Part shown: piece after piece, positions 23,197 to 37,600 of the stretch
Layout of the letters: every line of letters begins with the position of its first letter
Position numbering within the stretch: the stretch's first letter is position 1
Source: Eledone cirrhosa
Lineage: Eukaryota
Assembly (NCBI GenBank): GCA_964016885.1
Contig: OZ024744.1
Location: 26,784,001-26,848,000, forward strand
Reading direction: 5' to 3'
DNA: 64,000 bases
Notes under the pieces: model-generated
What the model was told of the DNA's origin: nothing
Database searches by the model: none
The model's input: the letters and a program-made list of their open reading frames with translations, nothing else
Made by a program: the position numbers and the translations under genes

Positions 23197-23288
23197 GTTC
23201 CTCAAAGCCAGTGTTGAATAAACAGGTGACGATCTGTCATCGGCACGGAACAGCTTCAAATCGGGACGTTTGTTTACAAACGAATCGA

Positions 23289-24035
23289 ACATTATTATTA
23301 ATGTTCGATATACAGAGTTTAAGATTTTGGCCAAGGTGTTACCGAAGAGGTTGGCGCTTGTTGTCAGGGATTTAGTTGGGGAGGTGCAAACTCTTGCGCA
23401 ATCCCAATCAGGTCCATACACGACAACCTTCACCTAATGCGACACATCATAGAGAGGGTAGGGTGTAAACCTGGCTTTGATGGGGCTCTGATCAATTTAG
23501 ATCAATCGAAAGCATTCGATAGAGTCGACCATCGGTACCTGAAGGCTGTCCTCAAGGCGGCTGGCTTCGGCACCGTCTTCAGAAGCTGGATCGCTGCAAT
23601 GCACAGCGGCACCTGCTCGGTGGTCAAAATGAATGGCCACCTCTCGGAACCATTTCAGGTCTCCCGATCGGTCCGTCAAGGGTGCCCTCTATCCCCCCTT
23701 CTGTACGTATTGACTCTCGAGCCTTTACTGCGGAAGCTGGAGCTATAGCAGGGCATCCCGCTCGAACCGGAAAGGCTGTGTCGGCTTATGCGGACGACAT
23801 CACCGTGATGGTATCGGACACCTCAGATATCAAATTGGTCGGCAACTTATTGGAGCAATATGAAAGGTTGACAGGAGCAAAACTTAACCCGGAAAAGTCG
23901 GTGGGCTTGCAACTCCGCACCTGGAGAGGCAAGTCCATGCCGTCCATCAGCTTCGTTAGGCGCTGGACGGGCCGGTAAAGTTGCAGGTGTATAAGAATTG
24001 GGACGAGGTGACGGGCAGGGTAGCCAGTCTGCCCC
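23289..24035 (+). mobile_element. Tx1-type RT fragment, paralog of the 2.9-3.5 kb RT
   Basis: KILAKVL, HDNLHLMRHII, LINLDQSKAFDRVDH, VRQGCPLSPLLYVL, AYADD. Confidence 0.88.
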
Positions 24036-24269
24036 ATATAATCAGAGCTATATATCATAAAATATGTCTTTATAATCACTATATATAACATATACCATTT
24101 CCTCTACCAATTAGTATAATTAACCATATAAAAATTCAATTAGACCAAGCTATAAGAATAAAGGCTCCTCTGAAGAAATCTTCGACAAATAACCGAAAAG
24201 AGCCCCTTCGCGGTGGCTACAATAGATTATTTATCTAACATTTCGACAGCATGTAAAAATCGACGAGAT

Positions 24270-24365
24270 ATACAGTTTGTTTACAAACGAACAAAGCGAC
24301 GTTATAATAAGCGCCGCTAAACTGATACGTGCATATATGCATGTGTACCTGTATGCATATGTATA

Positions 24366-24396
<31 letters not shown>

Positions 24397-24517
24397 GTGC
24401 ATGCTACTGTACGTCTGTATACATATATGTATGTACGTATACATGCATACTTACATTTAAGTAAGTGCCATACTAAGAGTGAGAAATGAAATTTCGTTTT
24501 CATTTTGTTTCAATTTA
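24270..24517 (+). mobile_element. Partial third copy of the 8.7-9.5 kb element family
   Basis: CAGTTTGTTTACAAACGAACAAAGCG...CATGCTACTGTACGTCTG...GAGTGAGAAATGAAATTTCGTTTTCATTTT, collinear with 8781-9060; ends in (TA)n. Confidence 0.85.
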
Positions 24518-24528
24518 TATATATATAC

Positions 24529-24597
<69 letters not shown>

Positions 24598-24795
24598 ATT
24601 GTTGTTCATAGAGAGTCTACTCTCTTCCACACTGTTGTGTTGTAGCAGAGAAATACTGGTATTGTCTGAGACACCGCACATCTACCTACTTCTGGCTACA
24701 CTTTCCAGGCACAAGACTAAAAATGAATTCAAGATAGAAGTAGTTTAATAATTTTGATTCCCAAATATTTTAAGTAAGAACGATAGTTTCAATGT

Positions 24796-24863
<68 letters not shown>

Positions 24864-24864
24864 T

Positions 24865-24902
<38 letters not shown>

Positions 24903-24903
24903 T

Positions 24904-24936
<33 letters not shown>

Positions 24937-24986
24937 CCCCACTACTACTACTACTACTACTACTGCTACTACTACTACTACCACCA

Positions 24987-25064
<78 letters not shown>

Positions 25065-25090
25065 ATGCTGCTGATGCTGCTGTTACTACT
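24796..25090. repeat. Compound trinucleotide microsatellite (TAC)n/(CAC)n/(TGC)n
   Basis: Direct reading; source of the poly-V/S/L ORFs. Confidence 0.97.
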
Positions 25091-25697
25091 CTGAAGACTT
25101 TCATGGCTGCTTCCCACTCAGTAAAATATCTTTCAAATTTCTTGAAATGCTTAATAAGATACCAGTTTTGTGGCTGCAGACATGAAGAGAAAATAGTTAT
25201 ATTTCTCCTATCATGAGAATACCAACTTACTTTGCAAACCGTCTTCCTCCGGAGAATTCTTTAAAAAAAGTAACACTACTAACTTTCTTAACTCATAGCA
25301 TTCAATTGTTAATCATTAATTCTGAACATTTAATGATCAATATTGAAACCTATTTTCTAATTTCTAATTTCTAATTTCTAGACCCTAGTATTAATCAAAT
25401 ATACAGATAGGTAGATAAAATCCAGGGAGATAACTTTCAATAAGTTATTCTTGAATCACTACCTACTTACGGACAACTGACGCTGCACATCAGGTACGAA
25501 ACACGGAAGAGACGAACTGCCACGATCATCACCACTACCTCTCCCACCCGCCCCATCTCTCCCTATTATGAGCAAATGTGGTCCCACGTGCTGGCCGACT
25601 CATGGCCCCGGCGGACAGAATGGAGAAGGCGTCTCCCCGGAGTATGGTAAGGGAGATGCGCTAGAAGAGCCATTCCATATCGCGAGGCTAACACCTG

Positions 25698-28600
25698 CGG
25701 CTAGACAGCTCAGCACCTATGGTGGTAAGTAGGGAGGTAGCCCTAGGGCCAAGGACACCATAAGTCTCCACTGCTACAGGTAGCCAGCTCAGTGCATGCG
25801 GTGGTAAGTAGGGAGGTAGCCCTAGGGCCAAGGACACCAGAAGACTCCACTGTTACGGCTAGGCATCTCAGTGTATGTGGTGGTAAGAAGGGAGGTAACC
25901 TTAGGGCCAAGGACACCAGAAGTCTCCACTGTTACGGCAAGGCATCTCAGTGCATGTGGTGGTAAGAAGGGAGGTAACCTTAGGGCCAGGGACAACAGAA
26001 GACTCCACTGTTACGGCTAGGCATCTCAGTGCATGTGGTGGTAAGAAGGGAGGTAACCTTAGGGCCAGGGACACCAGAAGACTCCACTGTTACGGCTAGG
26101 CATGTCAGTGCATGTGGTGGTAAGAAGGGAGGTAACCTTAGGGCCAAGGACACCAGAAGTCTACACTGTTACGGCTAGGCATCTCAGTGCATGTGGTGGT
26201 AAGAAGGGAGGTAACCTTAGGGCCAGGGACACCAGACGTCTCCACTGCTACGGCTAGGCATCTCAGTGCATGTCGTGGTAAGAAGGGAGGTAACATTAGG
26301 GCCAAGGACACCAGGAGACTCCACTGCTACGGCTAGGCATCTCAGTGCATGTGGTGGTAAGAGGGAGGTAACCTTAGGGCCAGGGTCACCAGAAGTATCC
26401 ACTGTTACGGCTAGGCATCTCAGTGCATGTAGTGGTAAGAAAGGAGGTAACCTTAGGGCCAGGGACACCAGAAGTCTCCACTGCTACGGCTAGGCATCAC
26501 AGTGCATGTGGTGGTAAGAAGGGAGGTAACCTTAGGGCTAGGGACACCAGAAGTCTCCACTGTTACGGCTAGGTATCTCAGTGCATGTGGTGGTAAGAAG
26601 GGAGCTTACCTTATGGCCAAGGACACCAGAAGTCTCCACTGCTACGGCTAGGCATCTCAGTGAATGTGGTGGTAAGAAGGGAGGTAACCTTAGGGCCAGG
26701 GACACCAGAAGTCTCCACTGTTACGGCTAGGCATCTCAGTGCATGTGCTGGTAAGAAGGGAGGTAACCTTAGGGCCAAGGACACCAGAAGTCTCCACTGT
26801 TACGGCTAGGCATCTCAGTGCATGTGGTGGTAAGAAGGGAGGTAACCTTAGGGCCAGGGACACCAGAAGTCTCCACTGTTACGGCTAGGCATCTCAGTGC
26901 ATGTGGTGGTAAGAAGGGAGGTAACCTTAGGGCCAGGGACACCAGAAGTCTCCACTGTTACGGCTAGGCATCTCAGTGCATGTGGTGGTAAGAAGGGAGG
27001 TAACCTTAGGGCCAGGGACACCAGAAGTCTCTACTGTTACGGCTAGGCATCTCAGTGCATGTGGTGGTAAGAAGGGAGGTAACCATAGGGCCAAGGACAA
27101 CAGAAGTCTCCACTGTTACGGCTAGGCAACTCAGTGCATGTGGTGGTAAGAAGGGAGGTAACCTTAGGGCCAGGGACACCAGAAGTCTCCACTGTTACGG
27201 CTAGGCATCTCAGTGCATGTGGTGGTAAGAAGGGAGGTAACCTTAGGGCCAGGGACACCAGAAGTCTCCACTGCTACGGCTAGGCATCTCAGTGCATGTG
27301 GTGGTAAGAGGGGAGGTAACCTTAGGGCCAGGGACACCAGAAGATTCCACTGCTACGGCTAGGCATCTCAGTGCATGTGGTGGTAAGAAAGGAGGTAACC
27401 TTAGGGCCAGGGACACCAGAAGTCTCCACTGCTACGGCTAGGCATCTCAGTGCATGTGGTGGTAAGAAGGGAGGTAAACTTTGGGCCAGGGACACCAGAA
27501 GTCTCCACTGCTACGGCTAGGCATCTCAGTGCATGTGGTGGTAAGATGGAGGTAACCTTTGGGCCAGGGACACCAGAAGTCTCCACTGCTACGGCTAGGC
27601 ATCTCAGTGCATGTGGTGGTAAGAAGGGAGGTAACCTTAGGGCCAGGGACACCAGAAGTCGCCACTTTTACGGCTAGGCATCTCAGTGCATGTGGTGGTA
27701 AGAAGGGAGGTAACCTTAGGGCCAGGGACAGCAGAAGTCTCCACTGCCACGGCTAGGCATCTCAGTGCATGTGGTGGTAAGAAGGGAGGTAACCTTAGGG
27801 CCAAGGACACCAGAAGTCTACACTGTTACGGCTAGGCATCTCAGTGCATGTGGTGGTAAGAAGGGAGGTAACCTTAGGGCCAGGGACACCAGACGTCTCC
27901 ACTGCTACGGCTAGGCATCTCAGTGCATGTCGTGGTAAGAAGGGAGGTAATCTTAGGTCCAGGGACACCAGACGTCTCCACTGCTACGGCTAGGCATCTC
28001 AGTGCATATGGTGGTAAGAATGGAGGCAACCTTAGGGCCAAGGACACCAGGAGTCTCCACTGCTACGGCTAGGCATCTCAGTGCATGTGGTGGTAAGAAA
28101 GGAGGTAACCTTAGGGCCAGGGACACCAGAAGTCTCCACTGGTACGGCTAGGCATCTCAGTGCATGTGGTGGTAAGAAGGGAGGTAACCTTAGGGCCAGG
28201 GACACCAGACGTCTCCACTGCTACGGCCGGCATCTCAGTGCATATGGTGGTAAGAAGGGAGGTAACCTTTGGGCTAGGGACACCAGAAGTCTCCACTGTT
28301 ACGGCTAGGTATCTCAGCGCATGTGGTGGTAAGAAGGGAGGTAACCTTAGGGCCAGGGACACCAGAAGACTCCACTGTTACGGCTAGGCATCTCAGTGCA
28401 TGTGGTGGTAAGAAGGGAGGTTACCTTATGGCCAAGGGCACCAGAAGTCTCCACTGCTACGGCTAGGCATCTCAGTGAATGTGGTGGTAAGAAGGGAGGT
28501 AACCTTAGGGCCAGGGACACCAGAAGTCTGCACTGTTACGGCTAGGCATCTCCGTGCATGTGGTGGTGAGAAGGGAGGTAACCTTAGGGCCAGGGAAAAC

Positions 28601-31600
28601 CAGAAGTCTCCACTGTTACGGCTAGGCATCTCAGTGCATGTGGTGGTAAGAAGGGAGGTAACGTTAGGGACAGGGACACCAGAAGATTCCACTGCTACGG
28701 CTAGGCATCTCAGTGCATGTGGTGGTAAGAAGGGAGGTAACCATAGGTCCAAGGACAACAGAAGTCTCCACTGTTACGGCTAGGCATCTCAGTGCATGTG
28801 GTGGTAAGAAGGGAGGTAACCTTAATCCCAAGGACACCAGAAGTCTCCAGCGTTACGGCTAGGTATCTCAGTGCATGTGGTGGTAAGGAGGGAGGTAATC
28901 TTAGGGCCAGGGACACCAGAAGTCTCCACTGTTACGGCTAGGCATCTCAGTGCATGTGGTGGTAAGAAGGGAGGTAACCTTAGGGACAAGGACACCAGAA
29001 GTCTCCACTGTTACGGCTAGGCATATCAGTGCATGTGGTGGTAAGAAGGGAGGTAACCTTAGGGCCAGGGACACCAGAAGTTTCCACTGCTACGGCTAGG
29101 CATGTCAGTGCATGTGGTGGTAAGAAAGGAGGTAACCTTAGGGCCAGGGACACCAGACGTCTCCACTGTTACGGCTAGGAATCTCAGTGCATGTGGTGGT
29201 AAGAAGGGAGGTAACCTTAGGGCCAGGGACACCAGAAGTCTCCACTGTTACGGCTAGGCATCTCAGTGCATGTGGTGGTAAGAAGGGAGGTAACCTTAGG
29301 GCCAAGGACACCAGAAGTCTACACTGTTACGGCTAGGCATCTCAGTGCATGTGGTGGTAAGAAGGGAGGTAACCTTAGGGCCAGGGACACCAGACGTCTC
29401 CACTGCTACGGCTAGGCATCTCAGTGCATGTCGTGGTGAGAAGGGAGGTAACATTAGGGCCAAGGACACCAGGAGTCTCCACTGCTACGGCTAGGCATCT
29501 CAGTGCATGTGGTGGTAAGAAGGGAGGTAACCTTAGGGCCAGGGACACCAGAAGTATCCACTGTTACGGCTAGGCATCTCAGTGCATGTGGTGGTAAGAA
29601 AGGAGGTAACCTTAGGGCCAGGGACACCAGAAGTCTCCACTGCTACGGCTAGGCATCACAGTGCATGTGGTGGTAAGAAGGGAGGTAACCTTAGGGCCAG
29701 GGACACCAAACGTCTCCAATGCTACGGCTAGGCATCTCAGTGCATATGGTGGTAAGAAGGGAGGTAACCTTAGGGCTAGGGACACCAGAAGTCTCCACTG
29801 TTACGGCTAGGTATCTCAGTGCATGTGGTGGTAAGAAGGGAGGTAACCTTAGGGCCAGGGACACCAGGAGACTCCACTGTTACGGCTAGGCATCTCAGTG
29901 CATGTGGTGGTAAGAAGGGAGGTTACCTTATGGCCAAGGACACCAGAAGTCTCCACTGCTACGGCTAGGCATCTCAGTGAATGTGGTGGTAAGATGGAGG
30001 TAACCTTAGGGCCAGGGACACCAGAAGTCTCCACTGTTACGGCTAGGCATCTCAGTGCATGTGCTGGTTAGAAGGGAGGTAACCTTAGGGCCAAGGACAC
30101 CAGAAGTCTCCACTCTTACGGCTAGGCATCTCAGTGCATGTGGTGGTAAGAAGGGAGGTAACCATAGGGCCAAGGACAACAGAAGTCTCCACTGTTACGG
30201 CTAGGCATCTCAGTGCATTTGGTGGTAAGAAGGGAGGTAACCTTAGGGCCAGGGACACCAGAAGTCTCCACTGTTACGGCTAGGCATCTCAGTGCATGTG
30301 GTGGTAAGGAGGTAGGTAATCTTAGGGCCAGTGACACCAGAAGTCTCCACTGTTACGGCTAGGCATCTCAGTGCATGTGGTGGTAAGAAGGGAGGCAACC
30401 TTAGGGCCAGGGACACCAGAAGTCTCCACTGCTACAGCTAGGCATCTCAGTGCATGTGGTGGTAAGAAGGGAGGTAACCATAGGGCCAAGGACAACAGAA
30501 GTCTCCACTGTTACGGCTAGGCATCTCAGTGCATGTGTTGGTAAGAAGGGAGGTAACCTTAGGGCCAGGGACACCAGAACTCTCCACTGTTACGGCTAGG
30601 CATATCAGTGCATGTGGTGGTAAGAAGGGAGGTAACCTTAGGGCCAGGGACACCAGAAGTCTCCACTGTTACGGCTAGGCATCTCAGTGCATGTGGTGGT
30701 AAGAAGGGAGGTAACCTTTGGGCCAGGGACACCAGAAGTTTCCACTGCTACGGCTAGGCATGTCAGTGCATGTGGTGGTAAGAAAGGAGGTAACCTTAGG
30801 GCCACGGACACCAGAAGTCTCCACTGTTACGGCTAGGAATCTCAGTGCATGTGGTGGTAAGAAGGGAGGTAACCTTAGGGCCAGGGACACCAGAAGTCTC
30901 CACTGTTACGGCTAGGCATCTCAGTGCATGTGCTGGTAAGAAGGGATGTAACCTTAGGGCCAAGGACACCAGAAGTCTACACTGTTACGGCTAGGCATCT
31001 CAGTGCATGTGGTGGTAAGAAGGGAGGTAACCTTAGGGCCAGGGACACCAGAAGTCTCCACTGTTACGGCTAGGCATCTCAGTGCATGTGGTGGTAAGAA
31101 GGGAGGCAACCTTAGGGCCAAGGACACCAGAAGTCTCCACTGTTACGGCTAGGCATCTCAGTGCATGTGGTGGTAAGAAGGGAGGTAACCTTAGGGCCAG
31201 GGACACCAGAAGTCTCCACTGTTACGGCTAGGCATCTCAGTGCATGTGGTGGTAAGAAGGGAGCTAACCTTAGGGCCAGGGACACCAGAAGTCTCCACTG
31301 CTACGGCTAGGCATCTCAGTGCATATGGTGGTAAGAGGGGAGGTAACATTAGAGCCAGGGACACCAGAAGAATCCACTGCTACGGCTAGGCATCTCAGTG
31401 CATGTGGTGGTAAGAAAGGAGGTAACCTTAGGGCCAGGGACACCAGAAGTCTCCACTGCTACGGCTAGGCATCTCAGTGCATGTGGTGGTAAGAAGGGAG
31501 GTAAACTTTGGGCCAGGGACACCAGAAGTCTCCACTGCTACGGCTAGGCATCTCAGTGCATGTGGTGGTAAGAAGGGAGGTAACCTTTGGGCCAGGGACA

Positions 31601-34600
31601 CCAGAATTCTCCACTGCTACGGCTAGGCATCTCAGTGCATGTGGTGGTAAGAAGGGAGGTATCCTTAGGGCCAGGGACACCAGAAGTTTCCACTGCTACG
31701 GCTAGGCATCTCAGTGCATGTGGTGGTAAGAAGGGGGGTAACCTTAGGGCCAGGGACACCAGAATTCGCCACTTTTACGGCTAGGCATCTCAGTGCATGT
31801 GGTGGTAAGAAGGGAGGTAACCTTAGGGCCAGGGACAGCAGAAGTCTCCACTGCTACGGCTAGGCATCTCAGTGCATGTGGTGGTAAGAAGGGAGGTAAC
31901 CTTAGGGCCAAGGACACCAGAAGTCTACACTGTTACGGCTAGGCATCTCAGTGCATGTGGTGGTAAGAAGGGAGGTAACCTTAGGGCCAGGGACACCAGA
32001 CGTCTCCACTGCTACGGCTAGGCATCTCAGTGCATGTCGTGGTAAGAAGGGAGGTAACCTTAGGTCCAGGGACACCAGACGTCTCCCCTGCTACGGCTAG
32101 GCATCTCAGTGCATGTGGTGGTAAGAATGGAGGTAACCTTAGGGCCAAGGACACCAGGAGTCTCCACTGCTACGGCTAGGCATCTCAGTGCATGTGGTGG
32201 TAAGAAGGAAGTAACCTTAAGGCCAAGGACACCAGAAGTCTCCACTGTTACGGCTAGGCATCTCAGTGCATGTGGTGGTAAGAAGGGAGGTAACCTTAGG
32301 GTCAGGGACACCAGAAGTCTCCACTGCTACGGCTAGGCATCTCAGTGCATGTGGTGGTAAGAAGGAAGGAACCGTAGGGCCAAGGACACCAGAAGTCTCC
32401 ACTCTTACGGCTAGGCATCTCAGTGCATGTGGTTGTAAGAAGGGAAGTAACCTTAGGGCCAGGGACACCAGAAGTCTCCACTGCTACGGCTAGACATCTC
32501 AGTGCATGCGGTGGTAAGAAGGGAGGTAACCTAAGGGCCAGGGACACCAGAAGTCTCCACTGTTACGGCTAGGCATCTCAGTGCATGTGGTGGTAAGAAG
32601 AGAGGTAACCTTAGGGCCAGGGACACCAGAAGTCTCCACAGCTACGGCTAGGCATCTCAGTGCATGTGGTGGTAAGAAGGAAGTAACCTTAGGGCCAAGG
32701 ACACCAGAAGTCTCCACTGTTACGGCTAGGCATCTCAGTGCATGTGGTGGTATGAAGGGAGGTAACCTTAGGGCCAAGGACACCAGAAGTCTTCACTGTT
32801 ACGGCTAGGCATGTCAGTGAATGTGGTGGTAAGAAGGGTGGTAACCTTAGTGCCAGGGACACCAGAAGTCTCCACTGTTACGGCTAGGCATCTCAGTGCA
32901 TGTGGTGGTAAGAAAGGAGGTAAACTTAGGGCCGGGGACACCAGAAGTCTCCACTGTTACGGCTAGGCATCTCAGTGCATGTGGTGGTAAGATGGGAGGT
33001 AACCTTAGGGCCAGGGACACCAGAAGTCTCCACTGTTACGGCTAGGCATCTCAGTGCATGTGGTGCTAAGAAGGGAGGTAACCTTAGGGCCAGGGACACC
33101 AGAGATCTCCACTGCTACGGCTAGGCATCTCAGTGCATGTGGTGGTAAGAAGGGAGGTAACCTTAGGGCCAGGGACGGCAGAAGTCTCCACTGCTACCGC
33201 TAGGCATCTCAGTGCATGTGGTGGTAAGAAGGGAGGTAACCTTAGGGCCAGGGACACCAGACGTCTTCACTGTTACGGGTAGGCATCTTAGTGCATGTGG
33301 TGGTAAGAAGGGAGGTAACCTTACGGCCAAGGACACCAGAAATCTCCACTGTTACGGCTAGGCATCTCAGTGCATGTGATGGTAAGAAGGGAGGTAACCT
33401 TAGGGCCAGGGACAGCAGAAGACTCCACTGTTACGGCTAGGCATCTCAGTGCATGTGGAGGTAAGAAGGGAGGTAACCTTAGGGCCAGGGACACTAGAAG
33501 ACTCCACTTTAACGGCTAGGCATCTCAGTGCATGTGGTGGTAAGAAAGGAAGTAACCTTTGGGCCAAGGACACCAGAAGTCTCCACTGTTACGGCTAGGC
33601 ATCTCACTGCATGTGGTGGTAAGAAGGGAGGTAACCTTAGGGCCAGGGACACCAGAAGTTTCCACTGCAACGGCTAGGCATCTCAGTGCATGTGGTGGTA
33701 AGAAGGGAGGTAAACTTAGGGCCAAGGACACCAGAAGTCTCCACTGCTACGGCTAGGCATCTCAGTGCATGTGGTGGTAAGAAAGGAGGTAACCTTAGGG
33801 CCAGGGACACCATAAGTCTCCACTACTACGGCTAGGCATCTCAGTGCACGTGGTGGTAAGAAAGGAGGTAACCTTAGGGCCAGGGACACCAGAAGACTTC
33901 ACTGTTACGGCTAGGCATCTCAATGCATGTGGTGGTAAGAAGGGAGGTAACCTTATGGGCCAAGGACAGCAGAAGTATCCACTGCTACGGCTAGGCATCT
34001 CAGTGCATGTGGTGGTAAGAAGGAAGTAACCTTAGGGCCAAGGACACCAGAAGTCTCCACTGTTACGGCTAGGCATCTCAGTGCATGTGGTGGTAAGAAG
34101 GGAGGTAACCTTAGGGCCAAGGACACCAGAAGTCTTCACTGTTACGGCTAGGCATGTCAGTGCATGTGGTGGTAAGAAGGGTGGTAACCTTAGTGCCAGG
34201 GACACCAGAAGTCTCCACTGTTACGGCTAGGCATCTCAGTGCATGTGGTTGTAAGAAAGGAGGTAAACTTAGGGCCAGGGACACCAGAAGTCTCCACTGT
34301 TACGGCTAGGCATCTCAGTGCATGTGGTGGTAAGAAGGGAGGCAACCTTAGGGCCAGGGACACCAGAAGTCTCCACTGTTACGGCTAGGCATCTCAGTGC
34401 ATGTGGTGCTAAGAAGGGAGTTAACCTTAGGGCCAGGGACACCAGAAGTCTCCACTGCTACGGCTAGGCATCTCAGTGCATGTGGTGGTAAGAAGGGAGG
34501 GAACCTTAGGGCCAGGGACAGCAGAAGTCTCCACTGCTACCGCTAGGCATCTCAGTGCATGTGGTGGTAAGAAGGGAGGTAACCTTAGGGCCAGGGACAC

Positions 34601-37600
34601 CAGACGTCTCCACTCTTACGGGTAGGCATCTCAGTGCATGTGGTGGTAAGAAAGGAAGTAACCTTTGGGCCAAGGACACCAGAAGTCTCCACTGTTACGG
34701 CTAGGCATCTCAGTGCATGTGGTGGTAAGAAGGGAGGTAACCTTAGGGCCAGGGACACCAGAAGTCTCCACTGCTACGGCTAGGCATCTCAGTGCATGTG
34801 GTGGTAAGAAGGAAGTAACCTTAGGGCCAAGGACACCAGAAGTCTCCACTGTTACGGCTAGGCATCTCAGTGCATGTGGTGGTAAGAAGGGAGGTAACCT
34901 TAGGGCCAGGGACACCAGAAGACTCCACTGCTACGGCTAGGCATCTCAGTGCATGTGGTGGTAAGAAGGAAGTAAACTTAGGGCCAGGGACACCAGAAGT
35001 CTCCACTGCTACGGCTAGACATCTCAGTGCATGTGGTGGTAAGAAGGGAGGTAACCTTAAGGCCAGGGACACCAGAAGACTCCACTGTTACGGCTAGGCA
35101 TCTCAGTGCATGTGGTGGTAAGTATGGAGGTAACCTTAGGGCCAAGGACACCAGAAATCTCCACTGTTACGGCTAGGCATCTCAGTGCATGTGGTGGTAA
35201 GAAAGGAAGTAACCTTTGGGCCAAGGACACCAGAAGTCTCCACTGTTACGTCTAGGCATCTCAGTGCATGTGGTGGTAAGAAGGGAGGTAACCTTAGGGC
35301 CAGGGACGGCAGAAGTCTCCACTGCTACCGCTAGGCATCTCAGTGCATGTGGTGGTAAGAAGGGAGGTAACCTTAGGGCCAGGGACACCAGACGTCTTCA
35401 CTGTTACGGGTAGGCATCTCAGTGCATGTGGTGGTAAGAAGGGAGGTAACCTTACGGCCAAGGACACCAGAAATCTCCACTGTTACGGCTAGGCATCTCA
35501 GTGCATGTGATGGTAAGAAGGGAGGTAACCTTAGGGCCAGGGACACCAAAAGACTCCACTGTTACGGCTAGGCATCTCAGTGCATGTGGTGGTAAGAAGG
35601 GAGGTAACCTTAGGGCCAGGGACACTAGAAGACTCCACTTTAACGGCTAGGCATCTCAGTGCATGTGGTGGTAAGAAAGGAAGTAACCTTTGGGCCAAGG
35701 ACACCAGAAGTCTCCACTGTTACGGCTAGGCATCTCAGTGCATGTGGTGGTAAGAAGGGAGGTAACCTTAGGGCCAGGGACACCAGAAGTTTCCACTGCT
35801 ACGGCTAGGCATCTCAGTGCATGTGGTGGTAAGAAGGAAGTAACCTTAGGGCCAAGGACACCAGAAGTCTCCACTGTTACGGCTAGGCATCTCAGTGCAT
35901 GTGGTGGTAAGAAGGGAGGTAACCTCAGGGCCAGGGACACCAGAAGTCTCCACTGCTACGGCTAGGCATCTCAGTGCATGTGGTGGTAAGAAGGAAGTAA
36001 CCTTAGGGCCAAGGACACCAGAAGTCTCCACTGTTACGGCTAGGCATCTCAGTGCATGTGGTCGTAAGAAGGGAGGTAACCTTAGGGCCAAGGACACCAG
36101 AAGTCTTCACTGTTACGGCTAGGCATGTCAGTGCATGTGGTGGTAAGAAGGGTGGTAACCTTAGTGCCAGGGACACCAGAAGTCTCCACTGTTACGGCTA
36201 GGCATCTCAGTGCATGTGGTTGTAAGAAAGGAGGTAAACTTAGGGCCAGGGACACCAGAAGTCTCCACTGTTACGGCTAGGCATCTCAGTGCATGTGGTG
36301 CTAAGAAGGGAGTTAACCTTAGGGCCAGGGACACCAGAAGTCTCCACTGCTACGGCTAGGCATCTCAGTGCATGTGGTGGAAAGAAGGGAGGGAACCTTA
36401 GGGCCAGGGACAGCAGAAGTCTCCACTGCTACCGCTAGGCATCTCAGTGCATGTGGTGGTAAGAAGGGAGGTAACCTTAGGGCCAGGGACACCAGACGTC
36501 TCCACTCTTACGGGTAGGCATCTCAGTGCATGTGGTGGTAAGAAGGGAGGTAACCTTAGGGCCAGGGACACCAGAAGTCTCCACTGCTACGGCTAGGCAT
36601 CTCAGTGCATGTGGTGGTAAGAAGGGAGGTAACCTTAAGGCCAGGGACACCAGAAGACTCCACTGTTACGGCTAGGCATCTCAGTGCATGTGGTGGTAAG
36701 TATGGAGGTAACCTTAGGGCCAAGGACACCAGAAATCTCCACTGTTACGGCTAGGCATCTCAGTGCATGTGGTGGTAAGAAAGGAAGTAACCTTTGGGCC
36801 AAGGACACCAGAAGTCTCCACTGTTACGTCTAGGCATCTCAGTGCATGTGGTGGTAAGAAGGGAGGTAACCTCAGGGCCAGGGACACCAGAAGTCTCTAC
36901 TGCTACGGCTAGGCATCTCAGTGCATGTGGTGGTAAGAAGGAAGTAACCTTAGGGCCAAGGACACCAGAAGTCTCCACTGTTACGGCTAGGCATGTCAGT
37001 GCATGTGGTGGTAAGAAGGGTGGTAACCTTAGTGCCAGGGACACCAGAAGTCTCCACTGTTACGGCTAGGCATCTCAGTGCATATGGTTGTAAGAAAGGG
37101 GGTAAACTTAGGGCCAGGGACACCAGAAGTCTCCACTCTTACGGCTAGGCATCTCAGTGGATGTGGTGGTAAGAAGGGAGGTAACCTTAGGGCCAGGGAC
37201 ACCAGAAGTCTCCACTGTTACGGCTAGGCATCTCAGTGCATGTGGTGCTAAGAAGTGAGGTAACCTTAGGGCCAGGGACACCAGAAGTCTCCACTGCTAC
37301 GGCTAGGCATCTCAGTGCATGTGGTGGTAAGAAGGGAGCTAACCTTAGGGCCAGGGACAGCAGAAGTCTCCACTGCTACCGCTAGGCATCTCAGTGCATG
37401 AGGTGGTAAGAAGGGAGGTAACCTTAGGGTCAGGAACACCAACGTCTCCACTGCTACGGCTAGGCATCTCAGTGCATGTGGTGGTAAGAAGGAAGTAACC
37501 TTAAGGCCAAGGACACCAGAAGTCTCCACTGTTACGGCTAGGCATCTCAGTGCATGTGGTGGTAAGAAGGGAGGTAACCTTAGGGCCAGGGACACCAGAA

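Noticed and set aside
24162-24235. CTGAAGA...GAAA possible hammerhead
   Set aside because: No consistent stem II/III or cleavage triplet; possibly a truncated 5' half.
24745-25117. Poly-Val/Ser/Leu ORFs
   Set aside because: Trinucleotide microsatellite.
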